From: Candidatus Woesearchaeota archaeon
GTDB lineage: Archaea; Nanobdellota; Nanobdellia; Woesearchaeales; GW2011-AR9
Direction: 5' to 3'
NCBI GenBank assembly: GCA_018696595.1
Contig: JABHQW010000003.1
Span: 192,001-256,000, forward strand
Length of the DNA: 64,000 nt
Shown here: positions 13,387-22,641 of the stretch, piece by piece
Layout: every line of letters begins with the position of its first letter
Numbering within the stretch: the stretch's first letter is position 1
Translations under genes and position numbers: made by a program
Notes under the pieces: generated by a model
The model's database searches: none
What the model was told of the DNA's origin: nothing
What the model saw: the letters and a program-made list of their open reading frames with translations, nothing else

Positions 13387-15198
13387 ATGTCAAAGATTAA
13401 CTTATTAAGTGAAGATTTAATCAACAAGATAGCTGCTGGAGAAGTGATTGAAAGGCCAGCTTCTGTTGTTAAAGAACTAGTTGAGAACTCATTAGATGCT
13501 GGCGCGGATATAATTACAGTTGAGATTAAGGATTCTGGAAAGAAACTAATTAAGATTTCTGATAACGGATCTGGAATGAGTGAAGAAGATGCAAAAAAAT
13601 GCATTTTAAGACATGCAACAAGTAAAATAAGTAAAGCAGATGATTTGTTTTCTATTCAGACTCTAGGGTTTCGTGGAGAAGCTTTGGCAAGTATTGCCGC
13701 AGTTTCAAGGTTGTCAATTATAACAAAACAAAAAGATTTAGTTGAAGGATTTAACCTTGTTGTCGAAGGTGGCAAAGAAATCAGTTCAGGGATTATTGGC
13801 ACAAATACAGGAACAACGATCGAAGTGCATGATTTATTCTTCAATGTTCCAGCAAGAAAAAAGTTTCTCAAAACTGATGCTGTAGAATTAAGACATATTG
13901 TTGATACTGTTTTAAAATATGCTTTAATCAATCCTACCGTAAGTTTCAAGTTAGTTCATGAAAAGCATGAATTAGTTAGTTCCCCTGCAGTTAAGGATTT
14001 ACAAGGAAAGATTGCTTCAATTTATGGAATAAATCTAGCAAAAGAACTTTTAGAAGTTAGTTCTGATCAAGAGGCCGTTAAAGTAACAGGATTCATTTGT
14101 AAACCTTATCAGGCAAGGAACGACAAAAACCAACAACAAATTTTTGTTAATAATCGTTGGATTAGAAATGAAACAATCAATAAAGCAGTTTATGAAGCGT
14201 ATCATTCACTTTTATTTGTTGGTAAACATCCAGTTTTTATTTTAAACATTGAAATTAATCCGGAAGAGATTGATGTTAATGTTCACCCAGCAAAAACTGA
14301 GATTAAAATTGAACAGAAAGAACAAGTTTTTTCTGCCGTAATGGAAGCAGTTAGAAAAACTTTGGAAAACCATGACTTAATTCCAGAATTAGATATTGAT
14401 CATGAAGAGCAATTAACTTTTGGAATTGATAAAAAAGAAGTTGAAGTTAAAAAAGAAAAAGCCAAATATTTGTTTGAACCAAGTAAACAAACAATATTAA
14501 AAGATAAAGAAGAAAGTCCCATAATTAGTGTAGATAACTTTGAAGAAGGCTCTTATACAACTCCTGAAGAAGAGGTTTTTGTTTCTGAACAAAAAGAAAA
14601 GAGAGTGTTAGAAAAGAGTTTAAGATTACCAGCAATGAAAATTCTAGGGCAAATACATAAAACATTTTTTATTGCCGAAACTGAAGGTGGTGCTTTATTT
14701 ATTGATCAACATGTTGTTCAAGAAAGAGTTCTTTATGAAAAGTTCATGAAACAATTAATGAACAAAGAAGTTGCTGTGCAAGAATTGTTGCAAGGGGAAG
14801 TTATTGAGTTCTCTGCTGCAGAAAAAGTTTATGTTAACGAAAGTTTGGTAAAAATGAAAGAGTTGGGATTTACGTTAGAAGAGTTTGGAGGAAATAGTTT
14901 TGTTTTAAAAACCGTACCATCATTATTTGGCAGATTGCAAGCAAAAGATTTATTATTCTCTGTTTTAGATAAATTAAAAGAAGGTAAAAACAAGTTAGAA
15001 GAAATTCAAGAAGAAATTATTACTCGAATGGCTTGCCGTGCTTCTGTAAAAGCAGGAGATACAATGACCATTAGAGAAATTGAGAAATTGTTATCTGAAC
15101 TGGCTGAATGTCAGTTGCCTTACACTTGTCCTCATGGCCGTGCTGTGTTGATTAAAGTTCCTGTTAGTGAGTTGGAGAAAAAATTTAAAAGAAAATGA
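13387..15198 (+). CDS. mutL: DNA mismatch repair endonuclease MutL
   Basis: KIAAGEVIERPASVVKELVENSLDA, TLGFRGEAL, DVNVHPAK, DQHVVQERVLYE and CPHGR motifs. Confidence 0.97.
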   Translation: MSKINLLSEDLINKIAAGEVIERPASVVKELVENSLDAGADIITVEIKDSGKKLIKISDNGSGMSEEDAKKCILRHATSKISKADDLFSIQTLGFRGEALASIAAVSRLSIITKQKDLVEGFNLVVEGGKEISSGIIGTNTGTTIEVHDLFFNVPARKKFLKTDAVELRHIVDTVLKYALINPTVSFKLVHEKHELVSSPAVKDLQGKIASIYGINLAKELLEVSSDQEAVKVTGFICKPYQARNDKNQQQIFVNNRWIRNETINKAVYEAYHSLLFVGKHPVFILNIEINPEEIDVNVHPAKTEIKIEQKEQVFSAVMEAVRKTLENHDLIPELDIDHEEQLTFGIDKKEVEVKKEKAKYLFEPSKQTILKDKEESPIISVDNFEEGSYTTPEEEVFVSEQKEKRVLEKSLRLPAMKILGQIHKTFFIAETEGGALFIDQHVVQERVLYEKFMKQLMNKEVAVQELLQGEVIEFSAAEKVYVNESLVKMKELGFTLEEFGGNSFVLKTVPSLFGRLQAKDLLFSVLDKLKEGKNKLEEIQEEIITRMACRASVKAGDTMTIREIEKLLSELAECQLPYTCPHGRAVLIKVPVSELEKKFKRK

Positions 15199-15506
15199 AA
15201 TGTTCACAATGCGGTGTTTGTTGTAAATTATTTGTAATAAACCTTAATGAAGAAGAGTATCGTTCTGGTAAATTTAAAACTGTCTTTGAAAAGTTTGGTA
15301 ATTTTGATTGGAGAGAAGCAGAATTAATTGGCGCCCATTTACTTGCTCAGAAGGAAGATGGCCAAACTTGTATATATCTTCAAGAAGGAAAATGTTCTAT
15401 CCATGAAGTTCGTCCGCAAGTATGTAGAGATTTCTTTTGTGATTCTAAAGAAGAATGGCACCAAGAGATGATTGAAAGAATAAAAAATTATAAAAAAGAG
15501 AATTAA
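15195..15506 (+). CDS. YkgJ-like CxxCxxCC zinc/iron-cluster protein
   Basis: CSQCGVCC...CIYL..GKCSIHEVRPQVCRDF. Confidence 0.9.
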   Translation: MKCSQCGVCCKLFVINLNEEEYRSGKFKTVFEKFGNFDWREAELIGAHLLAQKEDGQTCIYLQEGKCSIHEVRPQVCRDFFCDSKEEWHQEMIERIKNYKKEN

Positions 15507-16645
15507 CCTCTTCGTTCTACTTTCTGCATCCAATCTTTAGTGTCTTCTACTTCTCCGGTTTGAATTCCTGTTAGTAATGCATACATCTCCGTACTTACTG
15601 ATCCCACTTGACCATCTCCTACAACCATTTCTCTGACTCTAGTTCTTTTTCGTTCGCCAAGATCCATAATAAAGCTACCAACAGGAGCAACAGTTGCTGC
15701 TGTTCCTAATCCACCAGTTTCGGTTATTTCTCCAAGAGCGATGTCAGTAACAAAATCTAAAGCTGAAACTTGTTCTTGTAATACAGGATGTCCTAAACGA
15801 TCACCCAACTCTAAAAATGAACGGCTAGTAATAGATTCTAAAATAGTGTCAGTAAACTGGGGAATAATGATTTCCCCATCCCTAGTCACCATATAAACAT
15901 TCATTGCTCCAGTTTCTTCAATAAATCTATCTGTTGCATCCATATAAAGCACTTGTTTAGCTCCAAATTCTTTTGCTCTTTCAGCTGCTTTTAAGGAAGC
16001 GGCATAATTACCCCCAGTCTTAGCAGTCCCTACACTTTTAGGAGCAACACGTTTATGTTTATCAGTTAACATTAATTTAATAGGACTAAAGCCATCAGGG
16101 AAATAAGCACCACTAGGAGAAAGAAATGTACAGAAAACATAATCTGAACTTGGTTTTACTCCCAAAAAACCACCAGTACCAAACATAAATGGTCTGATAT
16201 AAATAGAAGCATTATCTTGTTGTGGCATCCATAATCGTTCTACATCAAGCAAAGCATTAATTCCTTCTAACTGAACTTCTTCCGGAATTTCTGCCATACA
16301 CATCTCTCTTGCTGAATGATTGAGACGATTAACGTTCTCATCTAACCTAAATGTATAAAGTTCCCCATCAGGATGTTGAAAAGCTTTTACTCCTTCAAAG
16401 ATAGTTTGAGAATAATGTAATGTTGCCATGTTAGGCATTACATTTACTCTATTTACATGATTAGCGGTATCAACCACTTCAAATGGACCGTAAGGAACAA
16501 TTCTTGGCGAATGCCATTCTCCATTAGAATGATCCATTAAAAACATATGGTCGGAAACTAATCCTCCAAACCCTAATGGTTCTTTTTGTTCAAATTGTTG
16601 TTGAAGTCGCTCAGATTTAGGTAGAAGATCGTATTGGATATCCAT
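15503..16645 (-). CDS. ilvE: Branched-chain amino acid aminotransferase (PLP class IV)
   Basis: LHYSQTIFEG-x-KA, YIRPFMFG, AKTGGNYA, ETGAMN and ILESIT motifs. Confidence 0.93.
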   Translation of the reverse strand: MDIQYDLLPKSERLQQQFEQKEPLGFGGLVSDHMFLMDHSNGEWHSPRIVPYGPFEVVDTANHVNRVNVMPNMATLHYSQTIFEGVKAFQHPDGELYTFRLDENVNRLNHSAREMCMAEIPEEVQLEGINALLDVERLWMPQQDNASIYIRPFMFGTGGFLGVKPSSDYVFCTFLSPSGAYFPDGFSPIKLMLTDKHKRVAPKSVGTAKTGGNYAASLKAAERAKEFGAKQVLYMDATDRFIEETGAMNVYMVTRDGEIIIPQFTDTILESITSRSFLELGDRLGHPVLQEQVSALDFVTDIALGEITETGGLGTAATVAPVGSFIMDLGERKRTRVREMVVGDGQVGSVSTEMYALLTGIQTGEVEDTKDWMQKVERRG

Positions 16646-16795
16646 TTTGGTTGGAAGTAATGGAACAATCTATTTAAACATTATTAATCAATATTCAATA
16701 GTGTTTATGAGGAAATAAAGAATTGTTTATTGATTATCAAAATTTCTGTCATTTTATGAGAAAAGTTTATATATACTTACTCCTTAGTGGTAAAT

Positions 16796-18544
16796 ATGTC
16801 TCTTGAAGAAGATGAAAATCAATATACTGAAGAAGATTATGGGGGACCCCACTATAGAACTGGAGGCATGGCATATTATGGAGAAGGAGACTTAGAAGAC
16901 AGATTAGGTTTCTTAGTAGCCAAACATGATAAAGATGGTGATGGTTGGGAACTTAGTACATCATGGGCATTATACTCAAAAGATGGTAATAATCGTAGAT
17001 TTGGTGGTTCACATGATAATATTTCAGGAATAAGAACATTTCCAAATGGATTACAATTTCTAAATACTGATAACAAGATACAGCGTAGTTATTTCTCAAT
17101 AGAAGGTATTGAATTTAGTGTTGGTTATCACGGACCCCAATCACATGATAACATAGTGGCTAATTTTGCAAATTGGCAAGAATATTTTAGTTATGATAGA
17201 ATAAATCCAAAAACTTTACAATCAGTTAAAAATTGGTTAATGGATGATAATAATCCAATAGATCAAATAAAAATAGAATTAGTTGCCGAAATTTCGGAAA
17301 AATGTTTATTAGATAAAAGTGAAGCACTCTTTGGGATTAATCCAAGTGAATTTTTAGATATATTCTCTGAAGGTTTAAGAAACCCATTTTATCAGAACTT
17401 ATTTTCCCAAGTCATAGATTATTACTTTGAGCTGGGAGAGACTCAACTTAACCCTCATGAACTTAATGAAGCAATTGTTAAGAATACTGCTCAATGGTAT
17501 TCCGAAGCAAGGCCATATGAAGAGGATCTTCGTAAAAAAGCTGATTCTTTGGCAGAAGGAGCAAATGCAAAGGATTGCTTAGATGCAATATTAAAACAGG
17601 GCCGATTTTCCAGTGTTAAAGAGTTAGGAGAATGTGCAAGTATTCAATTACCACATCATTACGTCATCAAGAAACATGCTTCTGGAGGATGGAGCCAAGT
17701 ATATCTAATTATAGATAAAGGAGAAACAGATGAAGATTTCATTAAAGTACTCAAAGTTCCAAAAAATAATATTGACATGAATAAAGATCCCAACGTTAAG
17801 AAAATAATTGAAAAAAATTCTAGTATAGAAAACACCCTTAAAGCAATTGCGGAGGAGGAAAAGAGAATTAATAGCAAAACATCCAACACATCTAATGATA
17901 ACTTTCCAAATTTTGAATATCGTCCATTGCCACAGTTCCACGAAAGTTACGTAGGGAATAACGGAATCCCATTATTAATTTACGAATTTATTCGTGGGGA
18001 AACCCTAGAAGATCATTTTGAAGAAGAAAGGCCACTTGAAGAAAAGTTAGATGTTTTAACTAGAACCGCATATTCATTAAACTATATTCACCAGAAAGGA
18101 TTTACTCATAATGATATTAAAAAAGATAATTTCATGAGAAGTGAAGTTAATGATAGAGTTTACTTATTAGACTTAGGACTTTCCAGAGTTACTGAATCAG
18201 ATTCAAGTATTCGTGGAAAAAGAGCTTATGCCGCTCCAGAAAGAATAACGGGACAATCTAACCCCTCTGAAGAAGCAGATCAATATAGTTTTGGAGTGAT
18301 GGCTTATGAAATTCTTACAGGAGAATTACCCATTGACTTTGGAGAAACTGAAGAAGAAAAAGCAGAGATGGTTATAAAAGTAAGAGATGGCGAAGTTCTT
18401 CCAGATTACGAATTGCTTAGAGAAAGAGTACCTTCACAACTTGCAGAAATAATTGAAATTTGTTTATCTTACGACCCAAAAGACAGATACGGATCTATGC
18501 AAGAGGTTGAAGATCAATTATGGGCATTGCAGAATCCTGATTAG
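16796..18544 (+). CDS. Hanks-type Ser/Thr protein kinase with unknown N-terminal region
   Basis: SGGWSQVY, IKVLK, HNDIKKDN, DLGLS, YAAPE and DQYSFG motifs; ATG 16796 lies about 30 nt after TTTATATA, preferred over GTG 16787. Confidence 0.9.
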   Translation: MSLEEDENQYTEEDYGGPHYRTGGMAYYGEGDLEDRLGFLVAKHDKDGDGWELSTSWALYSKDGNNRRFGGSHDNISGIRTFPNGLQFLNTDNKIQRSYFSIEGIEFSVGYHGPQSHDNIVANFANWQEYFSYDRINPKTLQSVKNWLMDDNNPIDQIKIELVAEISEKCLLDKSEALFGINPSEFLDIFSEGLRNPFYQNLFSQVIDYYFELGETQLNPHELNEAIVKNTAQWYSEARPYEEDLRKKADSLAEGANAKDCLDAILKQGRFSSVKELGECASIQLPHHYVIKKHASGGWSQVYLIIDKGETDEDFIKVLKVPKNNIDMNKDPNVKKIIEKNSSIENTLKAIAEEEKRINSKTSNTSNDNFPNFEYRPLPQFHESYVGNNGIPLLIYEFIRGETLEDHFEEERPLEEKLDVLTRTAYSLNYIHQKGFTHNDIKKDNFMRSEVNDRVYLLDLGLSRVTESDSSIRGKRAYAAPERITGQSNPSEEADQYSFGVMAYEILTGELPIDFGETEEEKAEMVIKVRDGEVLPDYELLRERVPSQLAEIIEICLSYDPKDRYGSMQEVEDQLWALQNPD

Positions 18545-18570
18545 TTCTCATCTCATTTAGAAACTATATT

Positions 18571-19482
18571 TTAATAATTTAATCCATAAAATGGCCCGGA
18601 GATATCCCAAAGTTTTCTCATAATATTAACTAAATGAGAAACAATAATATGTTCATCAGGACTTAACTTCTTTCTAAGATCATAATAAGTATGGAAAAGT
18701 AATTGGTCTTTGATTTTAGAAATCTCTTCAATCTTCTTGTTATTTTTTTCATAAAAAGCTTGATAAAACAACAACAATGCTTTATTTACTTCCTCAAAAA
18801 ATTGTAAAGTGGCTTTTGATACTTTTTGAACAGAATGTTTAGAACAAAATTGATAAATATACCTATATTGATTAGAAATCTTTTCTAAGTTCCAAACAAC
18901 CAAATATTCAAAAATCATTGACTCCTGATTATTTCGATGCTTATTTAGAATTCTTTTACAAAAGTCAGTGTACTTGGTAATTACTTTAGCTTTATGGTGA
19001 ATCTCTTCTAATTGGCTAAATTCTTTGTTTTTAAGACTATAAAATATTTCTTCACTAAGTTCCAATAAAAGAATAAAAGAATTTTTAAGAATATCATCAA
19101 ACTCTGATTCTAGTTGCATAGCAATATTTCTAACTTCACATTCTTTTTTTCTTCTAGAAACAACTTCAATTCCCAGAAGCCAATCAACAACACTTTGTAT
19201 TTCCCTCAAAGCAGACTCGTCTTCATAATGGAAAATTATTTTATCGTAACCTTTTTTGTAAATATTACCAATTATTGCCCTTATGTTTGAATCAGTACTT
19301 TTCTTAATCTCAACTTTAGTTTCTCCAACATGAACAGAGTTCCCGCCCCAAAGTTCGAGAATATTTCCTTTCTCATTTAAAGTTACTTCATCGCCTTTCT
19401 TGACGTTATATTTCTTAGTCCACTTAGCTGGTAAACTCACCATTAATGTTGCAGGGCCAACTTGACATACTTTTCTTTTCAT
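18571..19482 (-). CDS. AbrB/SpoVT-type DNA-binding domain fused to PhoU-like helical regulator
   Basis: MKRKVCQVGPATLMVSLPAKW-x-K.....KGDEV N-terminus; IYKKGYD..I motif. Confidence 0.85.
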   Translation of the reverse strand: MKRKVCQVGPATLMVSLPAKWTKKYNVKKGDEVTLNEKGNILELWGGNSVHVGETKVEIKKSTDSNIRAIIGNIYKKGYDKIIFHYEDESALREIQSVVDWLLGIEVVSRRKKECEVRNIAMQLESEFDDILKNSFILLLELSEEIFYSLKNKEFSQLEEIHHKAKVITKYTDFCKRILNKHRNNQESMIFEYLVVWNLEKISNQYRYIYQFCSKHSVQKVSKATLQFFEEVNKALLLFYQAFYEKNNKKIEEISKIKDQLLFHTYYDLRKKLSPDEHIIVSHLVNIMRKLWDISGPFYGLNY

Positions 19483-19594
19483 ATTAAGATAGAAAAGGAG
19501 CAGATATTTAAATATTTCGTTTTATTTAAATATAATTATGCATTATTATAATATAAGGATAATGTTTAAATGTTTAGCCAAATGATAGAATTCT

Positions 19595-19975
19595 ATGAAA
19601 AGCAAAACATATTCCCGTTTCGGGAAATTATTGGAAGATTGTAAACCCTCATTGGGTCAATTGGGAGAAGCATTAATGAATTACGCTGTTAGTAGTGGAA
19701 AACAATTCTTAGTAGAAAGAGAACAAAGAGAAAGCATAAAAGAAAATATTGGAGAAGAATATTTTCAATTAACTGGAAAAGAAACAAATGATCTCTTAAA
19801 AAATTATATCTCAAGTTCAGTAAACCAAGGATGGCAACTTTACCAAGAGCATGGTGAGAAGAGAGCTGAGTTATTTACGATTGATCGGTTAAAGAAAGCC
19901 AAGGATGATTTTACATTAGAAGCTAAAGTTGTTAGTGCAATTGATGCAAAAGTAGAATATTTAGAAAATAAATGA
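19595..19975 (+). CDS. Hypothetical protein, first gene of an accessory operon
   Basis: 126-aa ORF; TTTAAAT 30 nt upstream. Confidence 0.7.
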   Translation: MKSKTYSRFGKLLEDCKPSLGQLGEALMNYAVSSGKQFLVEREQRESIKENIGEEYFQLTGKETNDLLKNYISSSVNQGWQLYQEHGEKRAELFTIDRLKKAKDDFTLEAKVVSAIDAKVEYLENK

Positions 19976-19990
19976 TGAGGCAAATAAAAA

Positions 19991-20203
19991 ATGGTGAAAT
20001 ATGAAAAAAACACTTACGAATGGAGTGGTCCAACAGATGGAGTATTAGGAACATCAACATATCGAACTGATGTGTGGGATGATTCTGGATATAAAGTAGC
20101 AGAAGGAATAGGTTCTTCAAGAGAAGAAGCAGAAGACAATGCCAGAGATAATATTATTGAAGAAGGAGTAAACATGGGAGAATTCTATAAAACCATGGAT
20201 TAA
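19991..20203 (+). CDS. Small acidic protein, weak dsRBD-like C-terminal half
   Basis: SD-like GAGG upstream; AEGIGSSREEAEDNA resembles the dsRBD beta3-alpha2 G-x-G-x-S-K/R-x-x-A motif. Confidence 0.65.
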   Translation: MVKYEKNTYEWSGPTDGVLGTSTYRTDVWDDSGYKVAEGIGSSREEAEDNARDNIIEEGVNMGEFYKTMD

Positions 20204-20235
20204 GAATAACTATTAATTACGGAGGAAAAATAAAA

Positions 20236-20676
20236 ATGGAAATGAGACCCCTTGAACATAAAATCGCCCTCCTAATTGATGGCCCAAATATGTACCCAAT
20301 AGAGTTTAAAGAAATCAAAGAAATAGCAGAAAGATATGGAACAATTGTATTGACAGAAGTTTATCTTAACAAGCATGCTTCGAGAGGGTTAATTGAGGCA
20401 GCAATAAACGGAGGATATCGTCCAGTAATAGAAGCAATTGATGATATTGATACTTCTCTTTGTACTAGAGCCACAGAAATAATCTGTTCTCCACGTTATG
20501 AACAAGTAGATTTAATAGCAATTGCTAGTTGCGATGGAGATTATGTGCCTCTAACGCACAAAACAAAAGAATATGGCAAGAAATGTTTAGCTATTATGAG
20601 TGATACCAATGGCAGATCTATTGCTTTAAAAAATTCTGTGGATTATCTTGAAATCATTAACCCGAGAACAGAATAA
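20236..20676 (+). CDS. NYN domain (PIN-fold, LabA/DUF88-like) protein
   Basis: IALLIDGPN, DIDT-x-L, IAIASCDGDY-x-PL....KEYGK and LKNSVD motifs; SD GGAGG. Confidence 0.9.
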   Translation: MEMRPLEHKIALLIDGPNMYPIEFKEIKEIAERYGTIVLTEVYLNKHASRGLIEAAINGGYRPVIEAIDDIDTSLCTRATEIICSPRYEQVDLIAIASCDGDYVPLTHKTKEYGKKCLAIMSDTNGRSIALKNSVDYLEIINPRTE

Positions 20677-20710
20677 AAAAATAAAAAATAAAAGATTTGG
20701 AGGAAAGAAA

Positions 20711-20863
20711 ATGGAACCATTAGAAAAAATGATAGAAGGTTATAGAAGATTAGAAACAGAAATAGAAACAGATATTGGCTATCAAAAATTAGAAGTTAAT
20801 TATGGGAACAAAGATTTAAAGTTAACCCATGAACAATGTCCAAGCCAATGTTCAAATAAGTAA
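20711..20863 (+). CDS. Candidate RiPP precursor peptide (50 aa, C-terminal core HEQCPSQCSNK)
   Basis: SD GGAGG before ATG 20711; MEPLEKMIEGYRRLETEIETDIGYQKLEVNYGNKDLKLTHEQCPSQCSNK; ends 8 nt before the radical SAM gene. Confidence 0.7.
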   Translation: MEPLEKMIEGYRRLETEIETDIGYQKLEVNYGNKDLKLTHEQCPSQCSNK

Positions 20864-20871
20864 TAACAAAA

Positions 20872-22248
20872 ATGATAATGACTAACCCGAAAACTCGGAT
20901 ATGGGAAATAGGAAATAAAAAAGTAATGTTTAATTCATTACATGGAAAGCCATTAATACCAACCGAGGGGTTAATCAGATTATTAGAAACTTTTAAAGAA
21001 CCAAGAGACCAAGAAGACATCATCAAAACAGTTAGTCAAAAAGAATTAAGAATAATTGAGGACTTGGTCTCAATGGACTTTTTAATAAATCCCCTTAAAG
21101 ATGTTTATGAAAAAGTTAAAGAAAGAGAGAAACAAGAACTTAATAATAACTTAGAGGGATTAAACCTTTATAATCTTAGACTAAACGTAACCTCTTCTTG
21201 CAATCTTGCGTGTCAATATTGTTATGTATATCAAAGAAAAGAAGAAATTTCTTCTTTTAAAAATATGAGTACAGAAATTGCAGAAAAATCAATATCTCTT
21301 TTCTTTAAATTTCTTAAAGAAAAAGAAGAGCAAAGAATACAAACAAAAGCTATTCCCAAAATAAGATATTTTGGAGGGGAACCCTTAATCAATTTCCCAG
21401 TAGTCAAAAGAAGCGTAGAACTAACAAGTCGTTTGGCAGAACAATACAATATTAAGGTCCAATCGATAATCAACACAAATGGTACAATATATGATCAGGA
21501 GATAGAAAAATTTCTTTTAAGTAACCAAGATTTAAATTTAATAATTAGTTGGGATGGATTAGGAGATTACCATGATTTAGTAAGACATTCCAAAAATAAT
21601 GAAAAAAGTAGTAAAAAGATAATGAAGAACTTTGAAAGGATGATGGACCAAGGGATAAGACCCACCATCAGTTGTGTACTATCAGAAAGAAATAAGGACC
21701 ACCTTAAAGAATTCATTGATTATTTAGCAGAAAAAAAATTAAAATATTTTGGCATTAGTGTACAAACAGTCTCACAAACAGGCGACAAAATGAGTTCAGA
21801 AGAAAAAGCAAAAAGATTAATAGAAGTTATGAGTTATGCTAAAGAAAAAGGAATTGAAGTTGATGGGCCGTGGTCTTGGCAATACAGGTTATTTAATGAC
21901 AACACAGAAGTTTCTTATTGTGGAGCAGTAGGAGGAGAAATCCATGTAAGTGAAAATGGAACAGCCCACCCCTGCCATTTAGTTAAACTAAAATATGGTG
22001 ATATCACAAAAATAAAAAAACTAGAAGAATTATTTGTTTCTCAAGAATATAAAACAATAATTAACAGAACAATATCTGCAATGTATGATGATTGTAATTC
22101 TTGCGATTTAGAAGGTTTATGCGCAGGTGGATGCATGGCAGAATCCTATGAAAGAACAGGAGATTATTCGAAAAGAGGAGAAGGGTGTGAATTTAAAGTA
22201 GAAATGACAAAACAGTTATTAGAAAAATATCTAGAAGAGATGGACTAA
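20872..22248 (+). CDS. Radical SAM/SPASM peptide maturase with N-terminal RRE (PqqD-like) region
   Basis: CNLACQYC, FGGEP, INTNG, ISWDG; SPASM CG...G..HPC...CNSC....CAGGC...C; about 75-aa N-terminal extension ending DLVSMDFL. Confidence 0.88.
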   Translation: MIMTNPKTRIWEIGNKKVMFNSLHGKPLIPTEGLIRLLETFKEPRDQEDIIKTVSQKELRIIEDLVSMDFLINPLKDVYEKVKEREKQELNNNLEGLNLYNLRLNVTSSCNLACQYCYVYQRKEEISSFKNMSTEIAEKSISLFFKFLKEKEEQRIQTKAIPKIRYFGGEPLINFPVVKRSVELTSRLAEQYNIKVQSIINTNGTIYDQEIEKFLLSNQDLNLIISWDGLGDYHDLVRHSKNNEKSSKKIMKNFERMMDQGIRPTISCVLSERNKDHLKEFIDYLAEKKLKYFGISVQTVSQTGDKMSSEEKAKRLIEVMSYAKEKGIEVDGPWSWQYRLFNDNTEVSYCGAVGGEIHVSENGTAHPCHLVKLKYGDITKIKKLEELFVSQEYKTIINRTISAMYDDCNSCDLEGLCAGGCMAESYERTGDYSKRGEGCEFKVEMTKQLLEKYLEEMD

Positions 22249-22288
22249 TTAAAACAAATTTTACAAAAATAATTAGGTGGTAAAAAAG

Positions 22289-22408
22289 ATGAAACAACAA
22301 TGCCAAGCTAAATGCCGCAATGAGACTGATTGCTTAAATAAAGCTTTACCAGAATCAGATTATTGCTGGTTACATAAAAGAAGAGAAAAAGAGAGTAATA
22401 AACAATGA
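22289..22408 (+). CDS. 39-aa Cys/His zinc-finger microprotein (below the ORF-track cutoff)
   Basis: SD AGGTGG; MKQQCQAKCRNETDCLNKALPESDYCWLHKRREKESNKQ; QC-x-A...C-x-x-KA....YC-x-x-H pattern resembles DUF5763. Confidence 0.7.
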   Translation: MKQQCQAKCRNETDCLNKALPESDYCWLHKRREKESNKQ

Positions 22409-22484
22409 AAAAGTTTAAATATATAGAAAGCACATTATTTAATAGAAAGCTTTTTTCAACCACAACAAAAAAGGTCTTAATTAA

Positions 22485-22613
22485 ATGGAAATAAATAAAC
22501 TCATCTTTTCTTTAATAAAAATAAGTGTCCTTTCATTCACGGTGTGGTATCTTTATAATGATACAAAAAAAAGAATGAACCATAGTACTGTTGTAGAAGA
22601 GAAAGAAAAATAA
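22485..22613 (+). CDS. 42-aa single-TM microprotein
   Basis: MEINKLIFSLIKISVLSFTVWYLYNDTKKRMNHSTVVEEKEK; co-oriented, fills the intergenic gap. Confidence 0.5.
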   Translation: MEINKLIFSLIKISVLSFTVWYLYNDTKKRMNHSTVVEEKEK

Positions 22614-22641
22614 AGAACAAAGGAAAAGATAACAAATAAAA

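Noticed and set aside
13387-15198. MutL without adjacent MutS as a novel stand-alone system
   Set aside because: MutS may lie outside this 64-kb window; cannot be judged here
22405-22490. 29-codon ORF MKKFKYIES... overlapping the zinc microprotein stop
   Set aside because: No SD and no motif, and it overlaps the better supported 42-aa TM ORF
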